Shown here: one piece after another, positions 27,254 to 40,734 of the stretch
Position numbering within the stretch: position 1 is the stretch's first letter
Layout: each line of letters begins with the position of its first letter
Assembly (NCBI GenBank): GCA_964016885.1
Contig: OZ024743.1
Coordinates: 264,306,001 to 264,370,000 of the forward strand
Direction of reading: 5' to 3'
Length of the DNA: 64,000 bases
From: Eledone cirrhosa
Taxonomy: Eukaryota
Program-made: the position numbers and the translations under genes
The notes under the pieces: model-generated
Databases searched by the model: none
Told to the model about the DNA's origin: nothing
What the model saw: the letters and a program-made list of their open reading frames with translations, nothing else

Positions 27254-27749
27254 TATTCATTAATCAGAAAAGATTTTAGCCTTAGCCTACTACACCCCAG
27301 TATTATTTCAACGTCCCTTTTAGTAATGATTCAATTTCACCATGTAAAATATATAAAATACATTGATGTTCTTTGTGGAAAATATTATCAGCGAAAACAA
27401 GTGAAAATGATTAGTTTCTTAACAGTATTACACATTATGTGTAGTTGTATTAATGTAAAATACAGTAAAAACAAACCTCATTAAATAAAATATTAATCAT
27501 ACTACACAATGTTCTGGTTATCCTGAAGCTCAATGTCAAATGTTTATCTTTTGCTCTATCTGTTTCGCTCCACGGTTACCTTGAATTATTGAGTAGTACT
27601 ACAATTATGCCAGAGTGAGTGATTCATCCTTAAATCATTGATATCAAATGTGTTTGTGTAAGCTCCAGGGCAGACCTAATAATTTACTTTTACTTTTGGA
27701 ACAAGTTTAACAATTTGAAGGGAAAACAACGTCGTTTTAATCAAACCCT

Positions 27750-28455
27750 ATGCGTTACTGCTACTTTATTTATCGACTCCGTAAGGATGAAAGGCAACGC
27801 TAGCTTCAGCGACATTTGAAATCAGAACCTAAAGGACCGTAAGTTTATGCAACAAAGCATGTTGTCCGACACTCCACTGACCGCCCTTGGAAAAAGTAAA
27901 TCATTCTAATTAGTAGTTACTTATAAACTTTTATTTTTATTTATTTAATTAATGCTTAATTGAAATTGAAAAACCAATATATATATGATATTTTTCCGAC
28001 GCTCTAACGATACTATCAACCTACCACCATGTAGGCCGACGTAATAATTGTTTCTACTATTGGCACAAGGCCAGCAATTACCCCAGTATTTTACTGGTAC
28101 TTTATTTTATCGACCCCGTAAGGATGAAGGGCAAAGTTAACCTCAACGGGATTTGAACACAGACCGTAAAGGGACGTAACTATGCTGGAAAGCATGGCGT
28201 CCGACACTCTCCCGATACTGTCAATCCACCGCCTAATTAGGCCGACCTAATAATGATTTCTAGTATAGACACAAGGCAAGTTATTATATGGGAGGGGAAA
28301 GTCGATTAAATCGACGCATGTATGTTAAAGGTGCTTTATTTTATCGACCCCGAAAGGATGAAAGGCGGGATTTCAACTCAGACCGTAAAGGGCCCTAACT
28401 CTATGCTACAAAGCATTGTCTCTGACGCTCTACAGATACTGGAAAACCACCGCCC
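27750..28455 (-). mobile_element. Cluster of three SINE copies
   Basis: ~27750-27890, 28046-28233 and ~28255-28455; A/B boxes and Nin-like core. Confidence 0.85.
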
Positions 28456-29103
28456 TAGGCTGACCTAATAATGAAAGGAAGGTAAGCATGATTGTGAATT
28501 TTAAATCATCGCTTCTCTTTCACATACTTCCGTGTTCGATTAGAACACGTAGCTCCCTCAGCAAATTCTTAGCCTCAGGATGACAAACGCCTAAACAGAA
28601 TTTCTCAGAGAGAATCAGATCAGAAAGTAGAAGATAACATAATTATTAACCCTCATCAGTTTAATGGTTCAATATAATCAAGGCACAAATTGATATGAAA
28701 AATATAAAAATGTGGTATTATTCATTTTAAAGAAACAATTATTCATTCTAATCTTTTACTATGTACAATCATCTAGTTATATACCAACTATTAGTAATTA
28801 ATTTTGCAATTTAGTTAATCTATACAACATTTGTTGAATACACGATTGAGCGATATGCTACTGAAAAACATAGAAAGTTGAAATGGTCAGGCTGCCAATA
28901 TGATGCAGCAAAGGTGAGATTGGTCAAGGTTGACATGTGACTGACCAACAAAATAACGAGTTTGAAACGATCTTACTAAAAGGGATTTCAGTAATTATTC
29001 CATTATGCATTCATATTGGTTTCATCACTCTCCCTTTTCTGCGTTAGCAATTTAACTTTAACCCTATCTCGTCTCTACGATCCTCGCAACATTTGCTACT
29101 AGT

Positions 29104-29172
<69 letters not shown>

Positions 29173-31450
29173 CACAGTTTGTTAACTTTGATGTTACTTA
29201 GAGTTCGGTTCTGGCAATGATTATCTAGCCTTACATCAACGAGCTATGCCTCACTATCTGTAACGACGACTACTACTATGCTGTAGATTGTTGCTTTCAC
29301 CGATCTTTAGCCTTCCACACACAGCTGTCATCAGCTTTTGAACTAGATACTTCATGAAATACCTGCACTACTTCGATCAACAAAGACCAAATATATTCAG
29401 AACAGTGTAAGTATTAATAAAGCAATGCATATTGTAAGAATCTCAGAGTGTAATAACATTTCTGTAGAATTTAGCGAGGTACAATATTAAAAATATTTCT
29501 AGTACACTTAATTTCTAAATAGTTGGTTTTATTGTTGCTTTGGCCCAAGAAAACTCTGATCAAGAAGATTTAGGGTGAAAGGTATTCCAGCCATGATGAT
29601 CCTGTTTCTGTATTACCTGTATCAAATACGACATTAATCAGTGCCGTTCCTTAAATATGTTACAATGCTATCTAAGGCAGATGTATGTGCCATTACTAGC
29701 AGATTGGCTGAACATCTCCCCGCATTTTCATTGTCTGGTAAACTGAATAATATTAATTAGCGTCAGGTCAGCAATAATAAAGCATCCCTATGATTATGGG
29801 CGTTATATCTATAACACTTCGTGTTTTTTTTAAACATCCATTGTATCTAAGACTACATTATTCATTACTTCACGTTTTAGTAATCAGGGTGTAATATGAG
29901 AAACATTTGGTTGCTATTGTTAGCAGATAGTGACCCCCTATATAGTTCACATTTGGCTTGTAAACAAGATTTGTACTTTCAAAAATGTCTTTATAAAGAA
30001 ATAAATATATCTGTACTGAGTATTAAAATATAAAATTGAAATTATATTATGTGACGACGTATCTTTCCACTTCAAATATAATGCATAAACAGTTGAAAAT
30101 ATCATTTTTACGATAAATGATGGAATACTACGTTATTGAAAATTAGTAGGGTAGTACTGTTTCAAGAGAATTTCTTGTTACTGTTTAGGAGATAGGAGGT
30201 AGAATGGCAGAAACGGTGGAGCAACGATCATCATGTCTGGGGCCATCTAGTTCTTGTTCAGAACTCAAATCCCGCCAAGGATTGACGCGACTGTGTATTT
30301 CCTACTACCTATGTATCGATAAGTATTGTTACCACTAATATATTAAAGGTTCTGCATTTACCAGGAATATACTTGAAGCTGTATGCGACACCCTCTCGGA
30401 CTATTGATAAGATATTTACCAGTAATACTCTAAAAATCTGTGTACTAATTGAGTCGTTAGTACGTAGAATAAAATGCCTTCCGGTGTCAAGTACTAAGGT
30501 CCCATTTTTTTTCTTTATCTCTGCCTGTTTATCTGTCTGTCTCTATCTCTTTGTATGTTTGCCTCTAATTCTCCCCCTCTCTCTCTCATCCAGCTATATT
30601 CTGTTGTGTATGTTTGTCCCATTCTTCAGTTTTGAGCTAGGGGTTAGCAACCACTTATCATTAAAAACAAATCTAATGTGCTACTTGAATAGTTAAAGGA
30701 AGTGCAATAGAGCTCATGACGGAAATTAAGAAGGGGGCATATACTAGGGTCAACTTATTCCAATATATATCCAAATTGACTTTGTGATAGGATGCCTATT
30801 CTGAGTTTAGATTTAATATAGGAAAACATTACATTTCATTCTTTAATAGAATCGATAACGCAGAACGGTCCTCCTTCGTTTTCGACAATGAGTATTCGTT
30901 TTTTGATCAATTGATCTACATGACAACGGAATAAGAAAAAATGCGTGACTTAGTTTTCAAAATTGTGTAACATTGACAAAGTACACATAGTGACATTCTG
31001 TGTGTCATGTCTGGGAATTTCTGTTACAGAAACAATTTATTCTACTTCCCATACATTTTCCGTTTATAATATTTCCGTCAAATGTTCAAGCTATAGTAAC
31101 ATACATGATTCTATACAGTGGCATTGAAATGGGCATGTTGAGGCTCACACAACAAACTGAACCATTCGGTCATGCTGCGTCTAGTCGATAAAATATGTAT
31201 TAATATTAGCCTCAGGTTGAATAAATTGATCTTGTTACACCATGTATGCACTTAATATATCTCACACTACAGGCTGTAAATCTAGGAATGTGTGTTAGCA
31301 AACGTTTCACTGCATCAGATATAAGGCCATATTCTTAAAACCTAAAGAGTGAATGCGCATACTGCAACAGAATAGGTACCAGTAATATACTATTGAAAAT
31401 TCATAAAGAAATATTGATATGTATGTAAAATTATTAGGGAACGCTAAGCA

Positions 31451-31785
31451 GGGCGATTGGCGGCTAATTGGCAGAGCCATTAGAACGTCAGATATAATTG
31501 TTTCTACTTTAGGCACAAGGTCAGCAATTACCCAGTGCATTACTGGTACTTTATTTTATCGACCCCGTAAGGATAAAAGGCAAAGTCAACCTCGGCGGGA
31601 TTTGAACTCAGATCGTAAAGGGACGTAACTATGCTGGAAAGCATGGCGTCCGACCCTCTACCGATACTGCCAGGATATAATGCTTTGTGTTATTTTTCCG
31701 GCTCTCTGTGCTCTGAATTCAAATCCAGCAGTGTTCACCTTCGCCTTTCATTCTGTCGAAGTCATTAAAAATAAAATACCAGTCC
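31451..31785. mobile_element. Young minus-strand SINE (31497-31672) nested in an older plus-strand SINE
   Basis: Older copy: A box tggcagagcc near 31469 resumes at ~31680 with gaattcaaatcc; gatataat is duplicated around the insert. Confidence 0.75.
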
Positions 31786-33340
31786 TACTGATTCAACCCT
31801 CTCGCTATACATCCATCCTACCTATTCTCTATCACTCTCTTATATTTTCTAGACGAATTCGGCTCTGCTCAGATCTAGAGAAAGGATGGGCTCCGCCAGG
31901 TTTAAAATTCCCAACAAACACCGTATAGCCCTACGATAGCACTACGGTATAATTAGGAATTACGTATAAACGAAAGATGCAAAATATGGAGCTTATCTAA
32001 TGTCACTAGCAAGTCCAACCAGACTATGAACGTTATCATACATAAATCATGGCGAATAATTTATGATACTAATGTTATAACAATGACAGGATTTTATCTC
32101 CAAATATACAAATCTCTATTTGATTTCAAAATATGTTTGACCCGCTAGTCAAGCAAAGGGAGATTAGATTTACTTGATAGAGAAATCGTATTATATGTTC
32201 GGTGACATACTTCATACATACGTTAACACAGAGCAGCCGCGTAGTATAATTATTTGTTACGGCAGAGCAAGGAATTATAGTCCATTACACAACAATTTGC
32301 ATAGACACTTTTATGCATTGACCATTAATACCTAAATATATTCCCTAATGCAGATATAACTAATACAGGCGAACATCATAAATACTTACACAAACAAACC
32401 GGAAATGTATTGCACAAAAAGCCTGACATGGCGGACTGAGAAAGTTATAAAATCATACCTAGAAGGTCTCAAACAAACAATGTAGAATCAACAAATTTTC
32501 AACGGGTAGTTTCTAAGCAAAAGGTAAAAATATCAAATAACCCCCCCGCCCCCACATACACACACCAAAAAAAAAAAATAACCACATATGCTGACTGACT
32601 AGAAAATATTTATTAATTATTAACCGCATCATTGAGAAATTTCAGAAAATATTTTCGAGATAATTATGTTAGCGAGCGCAATATGATAACGAAATAGATA
32701 TAAAAAAAAATAACCAATAAAAATTGGTATATTGAAACCGATGTATCAGAAAACTATTTGTATAATCTAAGAATAAAAAATCAGCAAAGGCAAATGGAAT
32801 AACAATATTGGTTTTTGGAAATATACAATCGTATTTTGAGATCCATTTGACGACAAGGTAATAAAGAAAACATATACAGAAGACCTCTATAGATAAGGGA
32901 TAAGAAACATGCAAATCCAAGACACAAGTTCTCAGCTTGATATATACAAATATGCCAGGCTCAATGTCAAGTAAATATTGGATACTTGTAGAAAATGTTA
33001 CCTTCTCAATTCCTGAGCTGGAGGGAGATGATTATATTCAGGATATAAACAGGGCTGATAGAATAAACTATAATAGGAAATAAGAAATAGCTAGTCTTTT
33101 CTTTTTCTAGATGCATTTTCATATCAAACTTGACGCTGAAAAGGTACCTGATCAAAAATAAACTCTGAAATTCTAATCTGGGTGATAATAACAATTGTTA
33201 TTGATGTCATACGAAAGGCATAAAAAGAGATGTAGAAGCCATCGTAAAAATAAAAATCATGGCATTTTTAATATATTTGACAAAAATGTTATCAGCATCA
33301 TATTTTCGTCATCATGGATGTATATATATATATATATATA

Positions 33341-34204
33341 AATTAAAATGAAGACTTAGAAATAGGACCATCCATCATAGGTATTTCTTCGCATTAAAGA
33401 CCAGATACCTCAGGCTAGCGCTAACACTACCTAAAATAAGCCATTAGGACAAAAAGAACTGGGCGGAGAAAGAGAGACAGGTATATAAACATGTATGGTG
33501 AGGCAACGTAAAGAGAGGTAAAAATGAGAAAATCAAATCAATGATTCGTTTGAACATAAGAACTTGCGAATATTGACTAGAAGTCGAGAGACACATTCAA
33601 ATCATGCGAAAAGTAAGCGAGGAAAGAATTTCGCACGGTGTGGGACGATGGAGGTAGTGAGAGAGAGGGCAAGCAGAGAGCGAGTGAGCGAAAGTGCGAG
33701 GAAGAGGCCTGCCGAGAGAGGGCGACCAGCAGAGAGGGTGAATGAAAGCAAGAGGGAGAAGGAGAGAGAAGGAGGAGAGAGAAAGAAGACCACAGCAACG
33801 GAAGAGAAGAAGACAGGCCACAGCGAATGGGAAAGCACATAGGAATGAAAAATGACGTGCTGTGTTGTTGCAAATGTGATATACAAATTAAAATGAAGAC
33901 TTAGAAATAGGACCATCCATCATCAGTGATCTTCTGGCCATCATAGGTATTGCTTCGCATTAAAGACCAGATACCTCAGGCTAACGGGAACAATAACTAA
34001 AAGAGGCCATTGGGACGAAAAGAACTGGGCGGAGAAAGAGAAACAGGTAAATAAACATGAATGGTGAGGCAACGCAAAGAGAGGAAAAAATGAGAAAATC
34101 AAGTCAATGATTCATTTGAACATAAGAACTTCCGAATATTGATGAGAAGACGAGAGAAACATCCCAACCATGCGAAAGTAAGCGAGGAAAGAATTACGCA
34201 CGGT
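33341..34204. mobile_element. Family X-related element with ~300-bp terminal direct repeats
   Basis: ~33341-33638 is repeated at ~33886-34204; GA-rich middle; TA tracts on both sides. Confidence 0.7.
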
Positions 34205-34227
34205 ATATATATATATATATATATATA

Positions 34228-34612
34228 GGAAAATGTGTGAAATCCTTGGTACAGTTAGGTTTATTTGAAAAAAGGAAAGAAATGAGTTCACTTGTAGTTC
34301 AAAAATAATTGAATTCAATTTTATAATAAAATATTATTAGTTGGTTGATCTAGTTTTCGTATTTCTAAAGAAACACGGCATGTTTAAAGGAACCATTTAG
34401 GAAGCCGTAGCTATGCAAACACCGGGGTTAACCCTCTAATGGTGTCCAGCAGAAGCAAGGGGGTCAACCGTCTAAGCATTTCAGGCTTGACTGGTCTTCA
34501 TTAGGACAATCCCTCCCACCGCAACTCATAATATTATAATATTATAATATTATAAAATTAAATCAAATTGTTTAGAACTACAAGTGAAATCATTCTTTTT
34601 CTTTTTTCAAAT
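34228..34612. mobile_element. Fold-back element with degenerate HHR
   Basis: Inverted repeats ~34263-34328 / ~34545-34612; minus-strand ttgtc CTAATGA...GAAA tgct TA gacgg at ~34468-34509; a terminal fragment recurs at ~44272-44345. Confidence 0.6.
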
Positions 34613-34654
34613 ATATATATATATATATATATATTTATTAAAATAACAGATTAA

Positions 34655-34705
34655 AGTTTAAGCAATGAATCGTGGCTTTCACCCTTATCGGGATCTTCTG
34701 AAACT
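34655..34705 (-). ncRNA. Hammerhead-like motif with CAGAAGA core (family D)
   Basis: agttt CAGAAGA tccc gataa gggt GAAA gc..gc TT aaact. Confidence 0.6.
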
Positions 34706-35744
34706 AATAAAGTCAATCTGTGAACGCAGAAGTAAATATTTCAAAAAACGTTGCAACCGAAGGAAGACAGGAAGACGATACTTTGGTTCGTGGACACGTT
34801 CCCTGGCAAAGAACGGAAAAAACGAAGATAATACGTCATTATTTGGTGCGGTGAAAACAATTACACGCAAAGACAAAACCACGTTTATGCTATAAATGAA
34901 TTCGAAGATTAATATTCTATTAGGTGGTTCATGGAGACGTTCTCTGGCATTTAACGGAAAAAACGAAGATAATACGTCATTATGTGGAGCGTGAGAAAAA
35001 TTACACGCAAAGACAAAACCACGTACATGTTATGACTGAAGTCGTAGACTAAAATTCTATTTAGGAAACCGAATGATTCTCGGCTTCAGAGTAGAGAATA
35101 AAGTAAATTAAATACAGAGGTAATTGAAAATAAATGTATACATACACGTAGCCAAATACGTACACGCACAAGCATATGCGAAAACACTCGCCATGGGTAT
35201 GCAAATACAAGCAGGTACACAAAATACACGCACGCACATACAGAACCCACGCAACGCCAGTACCCGCACACATACGAACGTATACACCAAATACACATAA
35301 AAATATATATAAAAATATATATATATATATATGTGTGTGTGCGTGTATACAAAATTAAATAAACGTATATAAACATACACACATAATACGTATATAACAC
35401 GCGCACACGCATACCTACATGTATATATACATATGTTCGCAGACGCACGTCAACCGAAACACAAAGTACAATAACCACACACCCACATACGTACGAAGCC
35501 GCATACTCACACAGACGCAACACTCACGTCTACACATAACCAAATGCACATGTACCAGTATATATAATATATACGCCATAAAATATACAAGCAAATATAC
35601 GTACGAGAAAGTATACGTACCTTCACAAAATATACAGGTAAAATATACTTACCTATACAAATAAGTAATGGTATAAACATAACATATACTTACCTACCAT
35701 ATGAAGACGTAAAATATTAGCGTATAGTTCGTACTATCCGTTAT

Positions 35745-36969
35745 GTTATAAAGTGGGGCTATAATTCAGTAAAGCTTTGTGCAATTTATGTTTACAAGCT
35801 GAAATTGCCTCAGATTTTTTGTTTAAGAAGTGGTCTTTGGTGGCGTAGTGTATTTTGCAGGGCCTTAGCGGCGCAGAGGTCACATGGTCTTTTATTTCCG
35901 TTATATGATCTAGCCTTAGCTAGGATCTCCCAGTGTAACTTATATTGAGTGTGGTTGTCTTTTAGACTCCTGATATAAGCTTAAAGTGACGTCATCTTCC
36001 TTCTTAAAGAGAAAAGAAAAGAATGGGTATGCATGTAAAGACGCTGCTTGAATCTATTGGCGGTTAACCCTATGTAGGCCCTACGGGGTGTTTCAACCCT
36101 ACATTTGTAGACAATATTACTAGAGAGGCAGTTCCCGGATAGGGGCAGTCAACCTGATTCCTACAATTACAGTTAGTACTAGCTACAGGGTTGCACGTGT
36201 TCCTACGGCTAGGTAATTTAGCTAAATTTGAAGTTGCAAGTTTAGGAGTCGTAGAGTAGGAAATTTTAATGGTATTTCTATTAAAAATGTTACTATGTTT
36301 ATGTGCTGGGGGAAATGCTTCATAATAAGGGAGAGAAAGATCTTAGCTAATTGTGTTGCCACCTCCATATTATACGGTGGGTTATACCATATAATGCGTC
36401 GGGATCTACTTTTCGTAGGTCTATTCTCGTACTCTGTATATGCTACCTTATCGACAAATCCACTCCGTGCAAGAGCTTCATTGTAATATGTGGAACGGTC
36501 GTTGAATATACTCGTTTGTAGATAGACGAGAAAGCCTCAAAGAAACGTTTCTTACTAGGTTCTTGGTTATGCTGGCAGGCTGGTTAGAATGCTTACTTAT
36601 GTAATTAAGCGTATCATTCGTCTTTCTATACGAGTAGTGAAAGCCATTCGACAAATTGAGGGTAACGTCGAGGTAATTAACGACCGAGAGGTTCGCCTCA
36701 ACCTGTATGGAGAAGTTCAAGCCATTAAAGAAAGTTGTAAGTTCTTTTCTGAACCTGTCGCAAGCACCGGGGCCGCATTTTGTCATGATCAAAAGACCGT
36801 CATCACGGTACAAACCACCGCCCACGTTGGGCAATTCTTCCTTGATAGAGAAAAGAAGGAAAAGGCCGATAATATTAGTAACCTCCGCAGAGTCACTGGC
36901 GCCCATACACACGTCGAATGGGGTACTATTAGATTTTTTAATCCAAATAGAGTCGTCGAAATTAATCAC
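35745..36969 (-). pseudogene. PLE RT C-terminal half plus GIY-YIG
   Basis: FDVCMGASDSAEV, GLYRDDGL, NYLDVTLNL; then CNCRNQVDCP, IVYKC..AYIGLT..FKQR and CDLC...LNKKSE..ACKH with frameshifts. Confidence 0.9.
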
Positions 36970-37294
36970 CGACTTGCGGGCATTTTCACCACACCAAATA
37001 ATGACATATTATCTTCGTTTTTTTTCCTTTCTTTGCCAGGGAACGTTTCCACGAACCAAAGTATCGTCTTCCTGTCTTCCTTCGGTTGCCAGGTTTTTTG
37101 AAATATTTACTTCTGCGGTCACAGGTTGACTTTTTTAGTTTTAGAAGATCCCGTTAAGAGTGAAAGCAGCGATTCTTTGCCTAAATTTTAATCTGTTATT
37201 TTAATCAATATTAGCTCTACGGTTCTTATATATCTGATATATATTTATCCTTATCGAGGCCTCTTTGGATTTTAGTCTTCACATTTATTATTAT

Positions 37295-37362
<68 letters not shown>

Positions 37363-37794
37363 TATATTAATAAATGGAAACTATATTTATTTCATTATAC
37401 ATATTTCAAGGACACCAAAGCAAATTATGGTGCGCTTTAATCAGATAAAATATAATATAGATCAGTTTTATAAACAAATATATTGACATACCCTTAAAAG
37501 AATGCGACCATGTCTGTTGGAAGCTCCCGTATATATACACACATTTCAAGAGTAAACCAATCTTAAATAGGGAGATGGAGATAGGAGAGGAGAAGAGAGA
37601 TTGGTAAAAAGTAGCCATCTTGTTACGCAAAGGTTGATCTTGCTTACTATCGCCTCGACAGAAGCGTAACGCTTGTTTATAGCAGTCATTTGAGCTCTCC
37701 AGGACTCGATTCGGGAACTGCCAATCTTACTTTATTTTATTTTATATTTCTTATTCCATTTTATCTATATCAATATTTTCATTATCTCATCTGA

Positions 37795-37918
37795 CGTTCT
37801 GAAGAACTGCTCTATAATATTACTTAAGTGACTTATCTACCTCTGAACCAGATCAATAACGATCTAATAATCAATTGATCCAGAAACATTATATGGAGTA
37901 GTGAAACAATTGTAAACG
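37795..37918 (+). ncRNA. Type I hammerhead with very long stem II
   Basis: cgtt CTGAAGA(37799) actgctctata...tatggagtagt GAAA(37903) caattg TA aacg. Confidence 0.75.
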
Positions 37919-37939
37919 GACATTATTATTCCTTACATT

Positions 37940-38113
37940 AGGCGGTGGGTTGGCAGTATCGGTAGAAGGTCGGACGTCATGCTTTGACGCATAGAGTTAC
38001 GGCCCTTTCCATTCTGAGTTAAAAATCCCGCCGAGGTCAACTTTGCCTTTCATCCTTACGGGGTCGATAAAATAAAGTACCAGTAATACACTAGGATAAT
38101 TGCTGGCCTTGTG
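37940..38113 (+). mobile_element. Full-length SINE
   Basis: ggcggtgggttggcagtatcgg...gagttaaaaatcc...gcctttcatccttacggggtcgataaaataaagtacc. Confidence 0.9.
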
Positions 38114-38210
38114 CAGTTTACATTAAACTGCAACTATGTTGACACTCTTTAACTAAAGTCTTCTTTGTGAATTTGGTGGTCTTGTTTTGCTTAACTAATG
38201 AATATATATA

Positions 38211-38322
<112 letters not shown>

Positions 38323-38969
38323 AATAAATATATATATATATATAGTAAAGTAAATGGTCCATTGTTTCAAGCCCCAGGTTATCTCTACACTATATATAAT
38401 ACACCCCATGACAGCTTTTACATGTCAATTTCATAGGTCTGCTTCGTATCAGCTTGTTTTAAATGCTAAAGGCACCAGTATACTCTATTGTCTTACTGAG
38501 ATTGATGTTGTGATTATTTTAACTATTTACGGTCTAGCTAATTTATTCGAGTATTGTTAGTATTGTTAGTATTATTATTATTGTTCGGATTTAATACCAC
38601 TACTATATATAGAAGACATTCCTGTGTATTTCCTTCATTCTCGCATGCCTTGACTGGGTATAACAAAGTATTGGTGATCGATTGACCGAAAAACAGGCGG
38701 GTAGCGATCTCTAGACCTACCAGTTCAGAGAAACAATTGTCAGCAATGTGAATAAAGTCCTTATTGTATAACAAACCATGTCACTCTTCTTTCTTGATTT
38801 ATTATTACTCCAAGTGTAAACTACATAGAAATCACCGCGTACTCGCAGCATCACTATGGAAACGTCTTGTTGAGTCAAATTTAGCCAAGCGTTAATACTA
38901 TCGACTACTCGGAGTACCCTAACTGGACTACATCTAAGTGGACTACCTATAACAATAATTTGTTATCCG

Positions 38970-39028
<59 letters not shown>

Positions 39029-40244
39029 TACATAGATACATACATACCATTGTCTTTATGTAGGAGTCCCAGTTTGAAATCTAATTCTATAAGAGGAAGA
39101 ATAAATGGTGACAGTGTGTGTAGACTGGAGAAATATCATAGAACAATATATACAGGTGATAAAATTGCAAACAAAACATATGTGTGCTAAATATTTCACA
39201 ATAAAATATATTAAATTTATTATGATGCAAATATCTAGTGGAAATAATTCTAGAAAAACTTTTTGTGGGTTTGTGCATAACTTGTTGGTGATAAAAAAAA
39301 ACTATCAAATCTAAAATAGCAAATAAAATAAAAGAAGGATAAAATTGTAAACGAGACATATCAATGCGAATTATTGTAAGATAGATAATTGCACGCACAC
39401 TTACATGTGTGTGTGTTTGTGTGTCTGGGAGAGAGATAGAAACGTGCGTGAAAACACTTTTCGATGATCCTGCTTTCTCATGATCCATATGTATGTGTAT
39501 ACATATACACATACTTATATATACATACTCATTGACACAGAGTTAGAGAAATAGAGTGAGAAAACATTATTTCGTAAAAATGAATTTATTGAAGCAAATT
39601 ACAATTGATCTTTTTGTAATTTAAAGTATCGTGTAAAGTAGATAATAGGAAATAGGATTAAATATTTTTTGTATAATCATAATAAAACCTTTTAATATAG
39701 ATGTCAGATTAAATCTTATTTGAGAGTTTAATTTCCTTTTGTATTCTTAATTATAAATGCCATGGATTCTACCAAACTTAGCTATCTCCTGATCCACGTG
39801 CATTTTGATGTGTATGGATGTGTGTGTGTATGCATGTGTGTGTGTGTGTTTGTGTGTGTGTATGTATGTGTATGTGTGTGCTTCTGTTTACGTTTCCTTT
39901 TTTTTCCGTAATTTAACTATTTGAAAAATGGGGCTCATCAGATGCTGAATCGCATAATTTTGATATGGAAATTGCTGACTATATATAGAAAGTGTGACTA
40001 ATTATGTGTATACATTCTATGTAGTGTTCATCTGTCAACCATTGTCACTCGACTTTCTTGACACTTATCATTGTTAAGAAATTCATTTGAATCAACCAAT
40101 CAGCTGCCACCACGTTAGTTGCTGCAGACTACTTAGTTGCATGTGTATCTGGCAACGCAAATTTCAAGCGTCCATAATTTTGTATTGACAGTGAAGACTT
40201 ATATATATATAGCACTAAAGCCTTATAAATTCTTTTATATATAT

Positions 40245-40656
40245 AATTGTTTCTACTTTAGGCACAAGGCCAGCAATTATCCAGTGCATTACTGGTACTT
40301 TATTTTATAGACCCCGTAAGGATGAAAGGCAAAGTCAACCTCAGCAGGATTTGAACTCAGATCGTAAAGGGACGTAACTATGCTGGAAAGCATGGCGTCC
40401 GACCCTCTACCGATACTGCCAAAATACTAAAGCGTTATAAATTCTTATATATATATAAGTGTTTCTACTTTTGTCACAAGGCCAGTGCATTACTGGTGCA
40501 TTACTGGTGCATTACTGGTGCATTACTGGTGCTTTATTTTACCGACGCCGTTAGGATGAAAGACACAGTTAACCTCGGCGGGATTTGAACTCAGACCGTA
40601 CCTCTATGCTGCATAGCATGGCGTCCGACCCTCTATCGATACTGCCAATCCACCGC
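40245..40656 (-). mobile_element. Two tandem SINE copies
   Basis: 40245-40420 and ~40458-40656; the second has a 4x gtgcattactg expansion. Confidence 0.9.
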
Positions 40657-40734
40657 GTATTATATATAATACTAAAGCCTTATAACTTCTTACTATTGTG
40701 AATTAGTTTATCAATTTATTCCATTCTTCATTGG

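Larger units (their letters stand above)
34633..37290 (-). mobile_element. 5'-truncated Naiad-like PLE with inverted terminal repeat (family D)
   Basis: RT ORF 36478-36969; GIY-YIG ~35745-36180; terminal repeat 34633-35065 with a ~140-bp tandem duplication; inverted terminal copy plus tail 36985-37290; TA flanks. Confidence 0.9.

Noticed and set aside
28046-28233. tRNA gene suggested by A and B boxes
   Set aside because: No cloverleaf; it is the tRNA-derived head of a multi-copy SINE.
40484-40531. Short tandem repeat resembling an array
   Set aside because: 11-bp slippage expansion inside a SINE; no spacers, so not CRISPR.
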